A stretch of 64,000 nt of DNA, from contig CAVWIG010000028.1 in assembly GCA_963754945.1 (NCBI GenBank), positions 128,001 through 192,000 on the forward strand, written 5' to 3'. Position numbers and translations under genes: made by a program. Of the stretch, positions 10,958 to 19,709 are shown one piece after another. Origin of the DNA: Methanotrichaceae archaeon. Lineage in GTDB: Archaea; Halobacteriota; Methanosarcinia; Methanotrichales; Methanotrichaceae. The notes below the pieces were generated by a model. It was not told the DNA's origin. It was given only the letters and a program-made list of their open reading frames with translations, and searched no databases. Within the stretch, counting starts at the first letter, position 1, and each line of letters opens with the position of its first letter.

Positions 10958-11845
10958 ATGAATAATTCCGATCGAAGTATGGACCTAACACCAGTTCAAA
11001 GAGATATATTGACCGCACTGATCAACATTCACCGCGGAGAAGGCCGCGCCGTCAAAGGCGAGGAGATTGCAGAGTTAATAGACCGCAACCCTGGGACCAT
11101 TAGGAACCAGATGCAGTCATTGAAGGCTTTAAACCTTGTAGAGGGCGTGCCCGGTCCTAAAGGCGGCTACAGGGCCACTGGCGCAGCCTATGAGGCACTG
11201 AGCCTCGACGCCACCGGTGATGTTGTCGAGGTGCCTGTAGTCAAGAACGGAGTAACCGTCGAAGGCGCGTCGGCCACGGAAATAGTCTTCAACAAGGTCA
11301 TGAAGTCCCAGGATTGCGGCGGAGTGGTCCGCATAATAGGCAACGTCAGGGATTTCAACGTGGGCGATGAGATTGAGATTGGGCCTACGCCGGTTAACAA
11401 GCTCTACATTCGCGGAAAGATATTGGGAAGGGATGACACCATGTCCCGGCTCATCTTCAGCGTTTCGACGATGATCTCCGTGCCAAGGGTCCCCATCAAG
11501 GCAGCAGCACGACGTGCAGTTCACATAAGCCCATCTGCTACCCTCCAGGAGGCTGCCAGGGTCCTGATCCACAACGGCGTTCAAGAGGCTTTAGTGGATG
11601 ACAGTTCTCCAGGCCTTGTCAGCATGACAGATATAACCCGAGCCATAGCCGATGGCAAGACAGACCTCAAGGCCAGCGAGGTTATGACCCGCGGCTTCCT
11701 GACAATCGATTCCGAGGAGCCCATCTACGAGGCCATAAAGATGCTGGGGCGGAATAGCGCAAGCCAGTTGGTGGTCTCCGAATCAGGGACGCTTTGGGGC
11801 ATAATCACCCCGGCTGATCTGGTAAAGTCGCTCACGCCGAACTGA
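10958..11845 (+). CDS. Winged-HTH plus CBS-domain transcriptional regulator (methanogen family)
   Basis: LTPVQRDILTALI..VKGEEIA..RNPGTIRNQMQSLK..GPKGGY, C-terminal CBS pair. Confidence 0.88.
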   Translation: MNNSDRSMDLTPVQRDILTALINIHRGEGRAVKGEEIAELIDRNPGTIRNQMQSLKALNLVEGVPGPKGGYRATGAAYEALSLDATGDVVEVPVVKNGVTVEGASATEIVFNKVMKSQDCGGVVRIIGNVRDFNVGDEIEIGPTPVNKLYIRGKILGRDDTMSRLIFSVSTMISVPRVPIKAAARRAVHISPSATLQEAARVLIHNGVQEALVDDSSPGLVSMTDITRAIADGKTDLKASEVMTRGFLTIDSEEPIYEAIKMLGRNSASQLVVSESGTLWGIITPADLVKSLTPN

Positions 11846-12345
11846 TCTCGGTGCCCGGGTGGGCGCCGATTATCCCTTTTTTCAGATTTTCGATATCCTT
11901 ACCGTGGACTATAGCCGTGGGTATGGAGCTGCGCTCGATTATCTTGGCGGCCAGGGGATCGACGGGCGAACGTGATCCTGCCTTCATCTCGGTCTCCATA
12001 GCCATCCTGACAAGCTCTTTGGGAGTCATCCTGGCTATTTTTCGGGCGGATGGGTCAACCTCCGGGTCAGCAGTGTAAACTCCGTCCACAGATGTAGCGA
12101 TGATGAGCCGATCGGCGCAAACGTACTCGGCCAGCAGTGCGGATACCGCATCGGTGGTCTGGCCGGGGCTTACGCCACCCATGACAACGATCTTTCCGGG
12201 CGAGCATAGCCTTGCTGCGTCCTCGTAAGAGGCAGGAATCTCCTTTGGGGCCGCATCGCCCAGGGCAGCGACGAGCAGCATTGCGTTGAGCTTTGTCGCA
12301 CCGATGCCTATCTGGTCGCAGAAGACCTCAGATGTGCCCAAACAC
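11832..12345 (-). pseudogene. pyrH: 5'-truncated uridylate kinase copy
   Basis: MGG..PGQTTDAVSALLAE, DGVYTADP, DPLAAKIIERS are present; the N-terminal SLGGS and VVGGG loops are missing. Confidence 0.85.
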
Positions 12346-12428
12346 ATCAAAACTAATCACTCTTATTGGATAAATATGATGATTTTTAGAAAATGAAAAG
12401 TTATAAGCACCGACTTCTCATCAGGACA

Positions 12429-13124
12429 TTATGCCGGTCTAATCTCGGTGCCTTGGTGGTTACTAGTCATCCCTTTTCTCAAGTTCGCGATGTCTCGACC
12501 ATTTACAATGGCTGTAGGGATCGAACTTCGTTCGATTATCTTGGCAGCTAGTGGATCTATTGCGGATTTGGAGCCAGCTTTCATTTCGGTCATCATGGCA
12601 ATCTCTACAAGCTGCTTGGGCGTCATCCTATCAAGCTTCGTGGCCTTGGGGTCAACCTTTGGATCGGCGGTGTAGACCCCCTCAACATTGGTTGCTATAA
12701 TCAGACGATCCGCTCTGACCAACTCCGCAAGCAAGGCCGAGACGGCATCGGTGGTCTGGCCGAGGGCGACCCCACCCATGACCACAACCTTGCCTGGGGC
12801 GCTTTGTTGAGCTGCCTCAAAATAACCGTTGGGGAGCATAGCTGCATCCTCTTTTAGGGCGGCCATCAGCAGGATGGCATTCACCTTGGCAATGTTTATG
12901 CCTATCAGGTCGCAAAAAGCCTCGCTGGCCCCAAGGGCACGGGCCTTTTCGATATAAGTGCGGGCGTACTTTCCGCCTCCAACGACGACGTATATGCTAT
13001 TCTTTTCTCCATTCTCGTTATCAACCTCATTTGCAAGATTATTCAGCTCGTCGGCGTACCTTCTGAGACCATCAGTTTCTTGCTCTGCCAAAATGGAGCC
13101 ACCAAGCGAATATACAATTTTCAT
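12429..13124 (-). CDS. pyrH: Uridylate kinase (UMP kinase), full-length
   Basis: MKIVYSLGGS, VVVGGGKYARTYI, GQTTDAV, GVYTADPK. Confidence 0.93.
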   Translation of the reverse strand: MKIVYSLGGSILAEQETDGLRRYADELNNLANEVDNENGEKNSIYVVVGGGKYARTYIEKARALGASEAFCDLIGINIAKVNAILLMAALKEDAAMLPNGYFEAAQQSAPGKVVVMGGVALGQTTDAVSALLAELVRADRLIIATNVEGVYTADPKVDPKATKLDRMTPKQLVEIAMMTEMKAGSKSAIDPLAAKIIERSSIPTAIVNGRDIANLRKGMTSNHQGTEIRPA

Positions 13125-13400
13125 GGAATGGTCCATTGCGGGATCTGATAAAAAGCTTACCTGCAATCGTCTGTCGCCTTGTCTAAAGGATAAGACATAT
13201 ATATAATAAATCTAATTCTCATCCCTGGTTACGCGATCAGAGCTATACGTCAGTATTCCTGAGCTCTATGTTAATATAGAGGTCACTAAGTTAGGTGGAG
13301 TTCAAGATGACTGTGAAAAATAGCGATTTCATCAGAATTGGATATATTGAGGGCGCTCGGGTGGCTCTGCTAAAATTGCTCATCGGGGGAGGTGCCTAGG

Positions 13401-13886
13401 ATGGCTGAACATTTGAAGAGTTCGAAACAAAAAAAGGACCGGCCCATCACTGATGGAACCGTGATTGACCACATTACAGGAGGCGAGGCGCTCAATGTGC
13501 TTAAGATTCTTGGCATCTCCGGAACCACTGAAGCCGAGGTCACAGTAGTTATGAATGTTGGTAGCGGCCGTCTCGTCAAAAAGGACATAGTAAAGGTTGA
13601 GGACCGTGAATTGAAAGACGAAGAGGTGAATAGGATCGCACTTATCGCCCCGTTAGCTACACTCAATATCATCCGAAATAGCAAAGTGACTGAAAAGCGC
13701 CAGGTGGTTTTGCCCCGTGAGATCACAGGCGTGGTGCGCTGCCAAAACCCCAACTGCATCTCGAACTCCACCGAACCCACCGTGTCCAGGATGCAGGTTA
13801 CAGTTACAGCCAAGAATCCTGTTTTGGTCAGATGCTACTACTGCGAGCAGCCTATCACAGAGAATATAGCAGATTACTTAATTTGA
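13401..13886 (+). CDS. pyrI: Aspartate carbamoyltransferase regulatory chain
   Basis: GTVIDHI, KKDIVKVE, IALIAP.ATLNII, zinc ligands CQNPNCISN ... RCYYCE. Confidence 0.93.
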   Translation: MAEHLKSSKQKKDRPITDGTVIDHITGGEALNVLKILGISGTTEAEVTVVMNVGSGRLVKKDIVKVEDRELKDEEVNRIALIAPLATLNIIRNSKVTEKRQVVLPREITGVVRCQNPNCISNSTEPTVSRMQVTVTAKNPVLVRCYYCEQPITENIADYLI

Positions 13887-14058
13887 GGGATAATTCGCTT
13901 TGCAGATAATCTTTACCAGACAATATTGAACGAGTTAGCCAAGCGGGATTATAGTGTTTAACCTAATTGCTTTATAAGTAGAAAGTTGTTCGATTAAGCT
14001 ACGCATTGCGGTCATACGTTTCATATGTTGGGTTAAATACTATAATTCCGATGACCTG

Positions 14059-14871
14059 CTACTTGGTCGACAAATCTTCAAGATTTCTATTATCTTGAAG
14101 ATCAGGAAACTCCTGCTCAATCCTTTTTATATAATGTAAGTTGTCGCTTTTCGATAGGACTATCTTTGCATGCAATGTGGCATTACTGAAATCCCCCATA
14201 GATTTGTAGATCAGCGCCAAATTATAATCGGCATCGATGTTGGTCTTATCTTGCTCGAGTGCCAATGAAGCAAAGCCTTTGGCCTCAACATTTCTTCCTA
14301 ATTTTCGTAGCGATGCGCTTGCAAAACTGTAGTTCTTGCTGGAATTGGAACCCTTGGCGATGGCCAAGGCCGATGTCTCCAAGGCAAGTGAGTGCGAATT
14401 TTTTTCGTTATACCTTGCGTACAATATCAGTAAATTCTCTGCTGGAATGGGCGAAATGAACTCGTACCAGCGTTCTTGTGCCATATCAATAGCCTCAATA
14501 TCTGAAGGCGAAATATGATCAGATAGCTTGAAGGGTCCATGATCGGATGGATCGCCTAACGCTCCCTTCTCAGGTTTTGGAAAAGTCAAGGTAAATAGCT
14601 CTTGTTTTTGATATTCCGCTGGTCCATAAAGTTTATGGTGGTGTTTGCTAACGAGCCAGGTAAAGACGATAAGGACCAACACCGGAAATAGGACTAAAAA
14701 CGAAATTAATGGAGTAAGATCATCGGGTCGAAGATTTTTACTAAAGCTAACGACAATAGAGGCGAATCCATACACTAAGACTATGAACAATGCGATTATC
14801 CCAAGTGGGTTTCTTGCCAATCCCACTGCTGTATCTCCAAAAATCTTCGGATTCCCGCTCAAATTTTGCAC
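14059..14871 (-). CDS. 2-TM membrane protein with C-terminal TPR-like repeats
   Basis: Two hydrophobic helices (NPLGIIALFIVLVYGFASIVV; LISFLVLFPVLVLIVFTWLV) followed by HHHKLYGP; TPR-like ADYNLALIYKSMGDFSNA. Confidence 0.75.
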   Translation of the reverse strand: MQNLSGNPKIFGDTAVGLARNPLGIIALFIVLVYGFASIVVSFSKNLRPDDLTPLISFLVLFPVLVLIVFTWLVSKHHHKLYGPAEYQKQELFTLTFPKPEKGALGDPSDHGPFKLSDHISPSDIEAIDMAQERWYEFISPIPAENLLILYARYNEKNSHSLALETSALAIAKGSNSSKNYSFASASLRKLGRNVEAKGFASLALEQDKTNIDADYNLALIYKSMGDFSNATLHAKIVLSKSDNLHYIKRIEQEFPDLQDNRNLEDLSTK

Positions 14872-14976
14872 CTTCTCGCTGACATCGGGTTATATCGTCT
14901 TGGTTCGTCGGGCAAGCTTATCTTGGAGCTTGCGAGTATTTTTTTATTTTGCAGGATATTGTCGTATTTTAGGAAA

Positions 14977-16758
14977 TTATCTTGAACAACCTGATATTGA
15001 TTCAGACACACGCATTGATTCTCCATTTGCAAAAATATCAATTGTGCCATTTTGTGAAACACATACGACTGCTGTCTTAGGACATTCCTTACTGGTTCTG
15101 TATGCGGCAACTTTCCTAGCACCGCCCTTCTTTGGAAATGATTCACTAGTATCCTTATTCGAAATAATAACTGACGCGTCCAGAACTATACCCTTTTTCG
15201 ATATAAACACCGCTCCATCTAATTTGGCTATCTCAGAGATCTCGCCTATCTCAAATGATAGTATCTTTTGTTTTTTAATCCGGATTTTTGGGTCTTCGTG
15301 TCCAAGGTCTTTTGATTTCTCTAATCCTATTACAAAGAGCCCTCCATATCCCCGGACGACCATTTCTCGAGATATTTCAAGAACCCTCTCCATTACCTGT
15401 CGGTCAATCCAAGGCGTAAAGCTGATAATTTCTTTCAGTCCTATCGGTGTGTCGAATTGCCAAGAACCTTTCTTCTCTGATAGCTCTGCAACTGCTTTCA
15501 ACTCTCCATCCCGATACACAGCAATAGACTTGCGTTTTCGGCGAAGAATCAATCCAATCGAATCAGTGTCTAATGTAGCTTGTCGGAAAGCTTCAATTTC
15601 CTTATAATTCTTACCACTAAGTTCAAGGTGCGATATCCCAAAAAGTTTGCCCTCCCTATCAAATAGAAAAACCGCTTCGGTTTCTTGTAACGCATCATAG
15701 TAAGGTATAAGTTCTTCTAACTTTTCGGAACTTTCGCATTTTATATTATCTGGGGGATCAACCTTTGCATCCGAACCAAACATGCCGGTAAGCTCATCCT
15801 CGTCACCAATTAGGATTGAACAGCCTAATGATCGAGACTCAACTTTTATATTCGAAACAGCAAATAGATGCATTACAAGCTCTGAAAGAACTCTTTTTCT
15901 ATCGATATCCGTTTCATTCCCATGCAATAAGCGAATAAATTGCATGAGTCTACTTTCTTCTACAATCCTGTCCATTGGAAGCCCAATACTAAGAGATTGT
16001 AGCCAGTGATCCAAAAAATTTTTTATCAGATCAAGCTGATCCACGTTTTTCTGCTTATAATAAACCATTTTATATCCCTTACGGATTTTATCAGCCTTCT
16101 CCGGATTGGACAAGATCACGGGAACTATATTGTCTTCTGCATCATCATGCAGACTGTCTAGTGGCTTTTGAGCTAGGCAATCGGGGCAATCACTTGGATC
16201 ATACATTTCCGAATGATCCGTAAATAGTGAAAAAACCTTGTATTCATTACCATCATCCACCTCCACTTTATGTTCTCTGCTACGATCAATGGCTACTACA
16301 ACTCGAACAATTTTTGCCTTATGTTCTTTGAGGGACAGAATCGATGACTTTAGAGTACGTCCGGTCATAAATATATCATCTACTAGTACTACACCCGTTA
16401 AGCCATCTGGATGATCTTCAATACCTCCTGTCGCCTTTGTTCCATCCCACGCATTCCACGTAATTTTACCTGCAGTACGTCGGCCTGCTAAGCATTGCAC
16501 TTTTAATTCTTCAGCAAGATTAATTGCAAGTAAGATTCCACCAATTGTACTAGAAGCCACCATTTTGGGTTCAATATCAGCGAGCTCATTAGCCATTGCA
16601 TTTGCGAATTCTTTGCAAGTTTCTGGATTCATCATGCCAATTCGCGCATTAATATATGTTCTCGAATGCTTGCCACTTGAAAGTTTGAAGTGCCCATCAT
16701 CATGATAGCATCCATCATTTTTCAATGAATTTTCCCATTTTTTTTGACTTGGCTTCAT
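14977..16758 (-). CDS. Orotate-PRTase-like domain fused to tandem DisA_N (diadenylate cyclase)-like domains
   Basis: GHFKLSSGKHSRTYIN, VVLVDDIFMTG, YDPSDCPDC (PyrE type); C-terminal GYGGLFVIG, AKLDGAVFI, GGARKVAA, VSQNGTIDIF (DAC fold); middle degenerate copy LGCSILIG..EAVFLFDREGKL..IAVYRDG. Confidence 0.8.
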   Translation of the reverse strand: MKPSQKKWENSLKNDGCYHDDGHFKLSSGKHSRTYINARIGMMNPETCKEFANAMANELADIEPKMVASSTIGGILLAINLAEELKVQCLAGRRTAGKITWNAWDGTKATGGIEDHPDGLTGVVLVDDIFMTGRTLKSSILSLKEHKAKIVRVVVAIDRSREHKVEVDDGNEYKVFSLFTDHSEMYDPSDCPDCLAQKPLDSLHDDAEDNIVPVILSNPEKADKIRKGYKMVYYKQKNVDQLDLIKNFLDHWLQSLSIGLPMDRIVEESRLMQFIRLLHGNETDIDRKRVLSELVMHLFAVSNIKVESRSLGCSILIGDEDELTGMFGSDAKVDPPDNIKCESSEKLEELIPYYDALQETEAVFLFDREGKLFGISHLELSGKNYKEIEAFRQATLDTDSIGLILRRKRKSIAVYRDGELKAVAELSEKKGSWQFDTPIGLKEIISFTPWIDRQVMERVLEISREMVVRGYGGLFVIGLEKSKDLGHEDPKIRIKKQKILSFEIGEISEIAKLDGAVFISKKGIVLDASVIISNKDTSESFPKKGGARKVAAYRTSKECPKTAVVCVSQNGTIDIFANGESMRVSESISGCSR

Positions 16759-16892
16759 TCGATCAACTCCTCGCCACTGAGCAATTTCACTTCCCTTCTG
16801 AGGAGCTGGCAGAACTCGGTCAGATATTCTTTATCATGCACGTTCGCAAAGTGCTCATAGCTCATGAATGCCACTGGTTTACGTTCATCCAT
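16755..16892 (-). pseudogene. 45-aa ORF resembling the N-terminus of a TIR domain
   Basis: MDERKPVAFMSYEHFANVHDKEYLTEFCQLLRREVKLLSGEELIE*; AFMSY resembles the TIR beta-A motif; ATGA overlap with the PyrE-DAC start; not in the ORF track. Confidence 0.6.
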
Positions 16893-17079
16893 AGACGGAT
16901 TCCTACCTACTGGTGCAAGATTCAGGCTCTTATTCTTTAAGCTTTTTGTAAGTAAAGTCTATCGAAAATTTTGCAAATTTGTAGGTTTGTGTATTACTTC
17001 TCTTGATTGTTTGCTTTAGCTCTCAGCTAAATTCTGAAGTTCAGTCTGTAAATTTCAAAAAAAAGGAAGTTTAAGAGTT

Positions 17080-17490
17080 CTAGATCTTATCCAGAGCCTT
17101 GACAATATTGCCGAAGATGGCCTTGAGATCGCCCGTGCCGTTTATGTTGGCAACGATGCCCCTCTTGTTGTAGAAATCGATCAGGGGCTGGGTCTGAGCG
17201 TGGTAAGCCTGAAGCCTCTCCTTGACCATATTCCTCGGTATCGTCCTGCCTCTGGTACAGTACAGGTCAGCGCCGCATGCATCGCACTTGCCTGCCACTT
17301 TTGGCGGGTTGAACTGGACGTGGTAGGTTGTTCCGCACTTGCACATTCTGCGGCCTGTCACACGCTTGATCAGCTCAGCGTCGGAAACATCGACATTCAG
17401 GACAACATCGATCTTCTGGCACAGAGCCGGAAGGATCTTGTCCAGAGCCTCTGCCTGGGGAATGGTCCTCGGGTAGCCGTACAGCATCCA
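17080..17490 (-). pseudogene. adk: Adenylate kinase 3' remnant
   Basis: GYPRTIPQAEAL, LID domain RRMCKCG.TYH..CDACG, RLQAYHAQTQPLIDFY; no P-loop; internal 5-bp duplication GTACAGTACAG scrambles the QRxDD motif. Confidence 0.88.
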
Positions 17491-17678
17491 GCCTGCCTCA
17501 GTTTCGATAGGTTCCAAGATCGCAGCCGCTGAGGCTGCGCAGATCCGGGAACTGATCGAAGCCGGTGTTTATCTAAAAGAGTCTGATTTTGTGAGAGATG
17601 CGACGAAGGAGACAGTAGTGAGATAACATTCAGCTACTACCAAAACTAATATAGCCATTGATGACTACTATTAGCTAT

Positions 17679-19424
17679 ATGAAAAAATATTGCCTGTTGC
17701 TTCTAATAGCGCTAACCTTATCGTTAGCCGTAATAGCTTCTGCCGAACACACTAAGAACAGTACCGTAAATATGAACTATACTAACACTACAGCATTGAA
17801 GGAACTGGTTATAGGGTCAGAAAAGAATTTAGAAACCTATCGTTTCACCCTCACTCAAGATCAGAATATCGCGATCATCAAGCTCCCGCTTGGCAACACA
17901 ACGTACCAGACCAAGCTCCTAACCCTTGGAGCAGGTGGCTTCAACCGCACCAGCAAGGCCTTAAAGACCGTCAGTACCTCCATGTCCATTCCAGTGGGCC
18001 AGGAGGAGAACGCAACCGCTGCAACCACAGAGCTGTATTTCCTCAACAATACCATTTATAGAAATGTTAACGGCAACAGAACCGTTCTGAATCTCACCTT
18101 CCCCGCGAACATCTGGATGAGCCAGAACAGGCTCGAACAGTCCTCAGATCTGATGAACTCATCCAGTGTCAAACTCCTCGGCACGCAAGCCATCAACGAC
18201 GTGGGTTACTATGTAATTGAGGTCACACCCAATAGCAGCGCGCTCTCCGCACTGGTCAGCAGACAATTGGGTTCAAACTTCTCCAAATCACTCTCCACTC
18301 ATGTCAGCGTAGGTCTAGGTTCGAACTTTTATGGGTCCACACTCGCACTGAACCTCAGCGCTCTATTGAATAATACCCGGCTTAGATATGTCATCTGGAT
18401 CGCAGAGGACAGCCATCTGCCAAGTATGGAGTATGTTCAGATGAACATGATCCTAACCCCAGGCATGTTTGGTCTACCCAGTGCAGCGAATCTGGAGATG
18501 AATATCGATTCCGTCACAACCGTGATCTTCAGCGGTTTCAACAAGACCGTGAATATAGCGCTGCCTAAGGAGGCGAATATAGCAGGGATGGCATCTTTGA
18601 ACAACACAAACGCATCGCTATCCAAGCCTGCTGATCCCAATGACCCTCCGGTTACCAGCTCTGATATCGCCAACAATCCAGATCTTCAGCAACGGTTTTG
18701 GTTGGCGGGTGCATACGCTTTCCTCAATGGAGATTACTATAGCACTCGCTATGGCTACCCGTACATGTCTTACGACATGTATTATTCGCCGTACTATACT
18801 CAAAACTACAATTCATACAATGCGTACCCGAACTACAACCAATACTCGAACTACAACTCCTACACCAGCCCAATGCAGAGATACCCCACTCTCAGACTTG
18901 GATATACACTACCCTCCCAAGGATATACTACGCCTATGCAAGGGTATACTGTGATGACTGGTTATAATCCCTCATTGGGCACATATCTGACAGATAGCAA
19001 GGGCATGACCTTATACCACTTGGTGAACGACGGTGGCAACTATAATAGCGCTTGCACCGATGCAACTTGCACGAGCATCTGGCCTCCGTTCTACGTACAA
19101 GGCATAAACGTACCTGGGAACTTGAACCTTGCTGATTTCCGCACCATAAGTGTTAATGGATACAGGCAATACCAACAGACCACCTATAAGGGATGGCCGC
19201 TATACTATTACTCAGGTGATACAATACCAGGCCAGATCAATGGGCAGGGCCTGAAAGACAGCTATGGAACCTGGTCCGTGGTAAGTCCCAATAGCATCAA
19301 CACCTTCCCTGCCAACTTCCCTTACAGCTCCAGCACAGCTACACCGACTCAGTATCCTACAGCGCAGCCATACACAACAACGCCATACAGTCAATCGACG
19401 CCATATAGTTCATCGGGCTACTAG
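17679..19424 (+). CDS. Secreted multidomain protein: LppX/LolA-like N-domain, Tyr-rich linker, C-terminal secreted-repeat (Lipoprotein_15-like) domain
   Basis: Signal peptide; LTDSKGMTLY..D..C...C..IWPPF and QTTYKGWPLYYYSGD..PG..NGQG...W motifs; the N-domain call is tentative. Confidence 0.7.
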   Translation: MKKYCLLLLIALTLSLAVIASAEHTKNSTVNMNYTNTTALKELVIGSEKNLETYRFTLTQDQNIAIIKLPLGNTTYQTKLLTLGAGGFNRTSKALKTVSTSMSIPVGQEENATAATTELYFLNNTIYRNVNGNRTVLNLTFPANIWMSQNRLEQSSDLMNSSSVKLLGTQAINDVGYYVIEVTPNSSALSALVSRQLGSNFSKSLSTHVSVGLGSNFYGSTLALNLSALLNNTRLRYVIWIAEDSHLPSMEYVQMNMILTPGMFGLPSAANLEMNIDSVTTVIFSGFNKTVNIALPKEANIAGMASLNNTNASLSKPADPNDPPVTSSDIANNPDLQQRFWLAGAYAFLNGDYYSTRYGYPYMSYDMYYSPYYTQNYNSYNAYPNYNQYSNYNSYTSPMQRYPTLRLGYTLPSQGYTTPMQGYTVMTGYNPSLGTYLTDSKGMTLYHLVNDGGNYNSACTDATCTSIWPPFYVQGINVPGNLNLADFRTISVNGYRQYQQTTYKGWPLYYYSGDTIPGQINGQGLKDSYGTWSVVSPNSINTFPANFPYSSSTATPTQYPTAQPYTTTPYSQSTPYSSSGY

Positions 19425-19709
19425 TCTGCCACAGCACGCACATACCAACAACTGCACCTGTAATCCAGCAAAAAACAGTCGACTCAAAGAGGAGAAAAAA
19501 TCACGACGATGAGAATCTGGCTGGAATCGAGGCCTTGCTTCGATTCCGCCCATCTTAATCTTTTCACGAAATTATTGACCTTCTCCCTCAGCCCATTTCA
19601 AGCGAAAGGCATCGAGCAGATATACCTGCTTAGACAAAACTATTCGGAAAATCTTGACCATTTTAAAAAACAATGGATTCACAACAATCCGCAACTCTAC
19701 TTCGATGAA

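Noticed and set aside
14645-15607. 320-aa + strand ORF
   Set aside because: Antisense shadow of the PRTase-DAC and 2TM-TPR genes; no recognisable motifs
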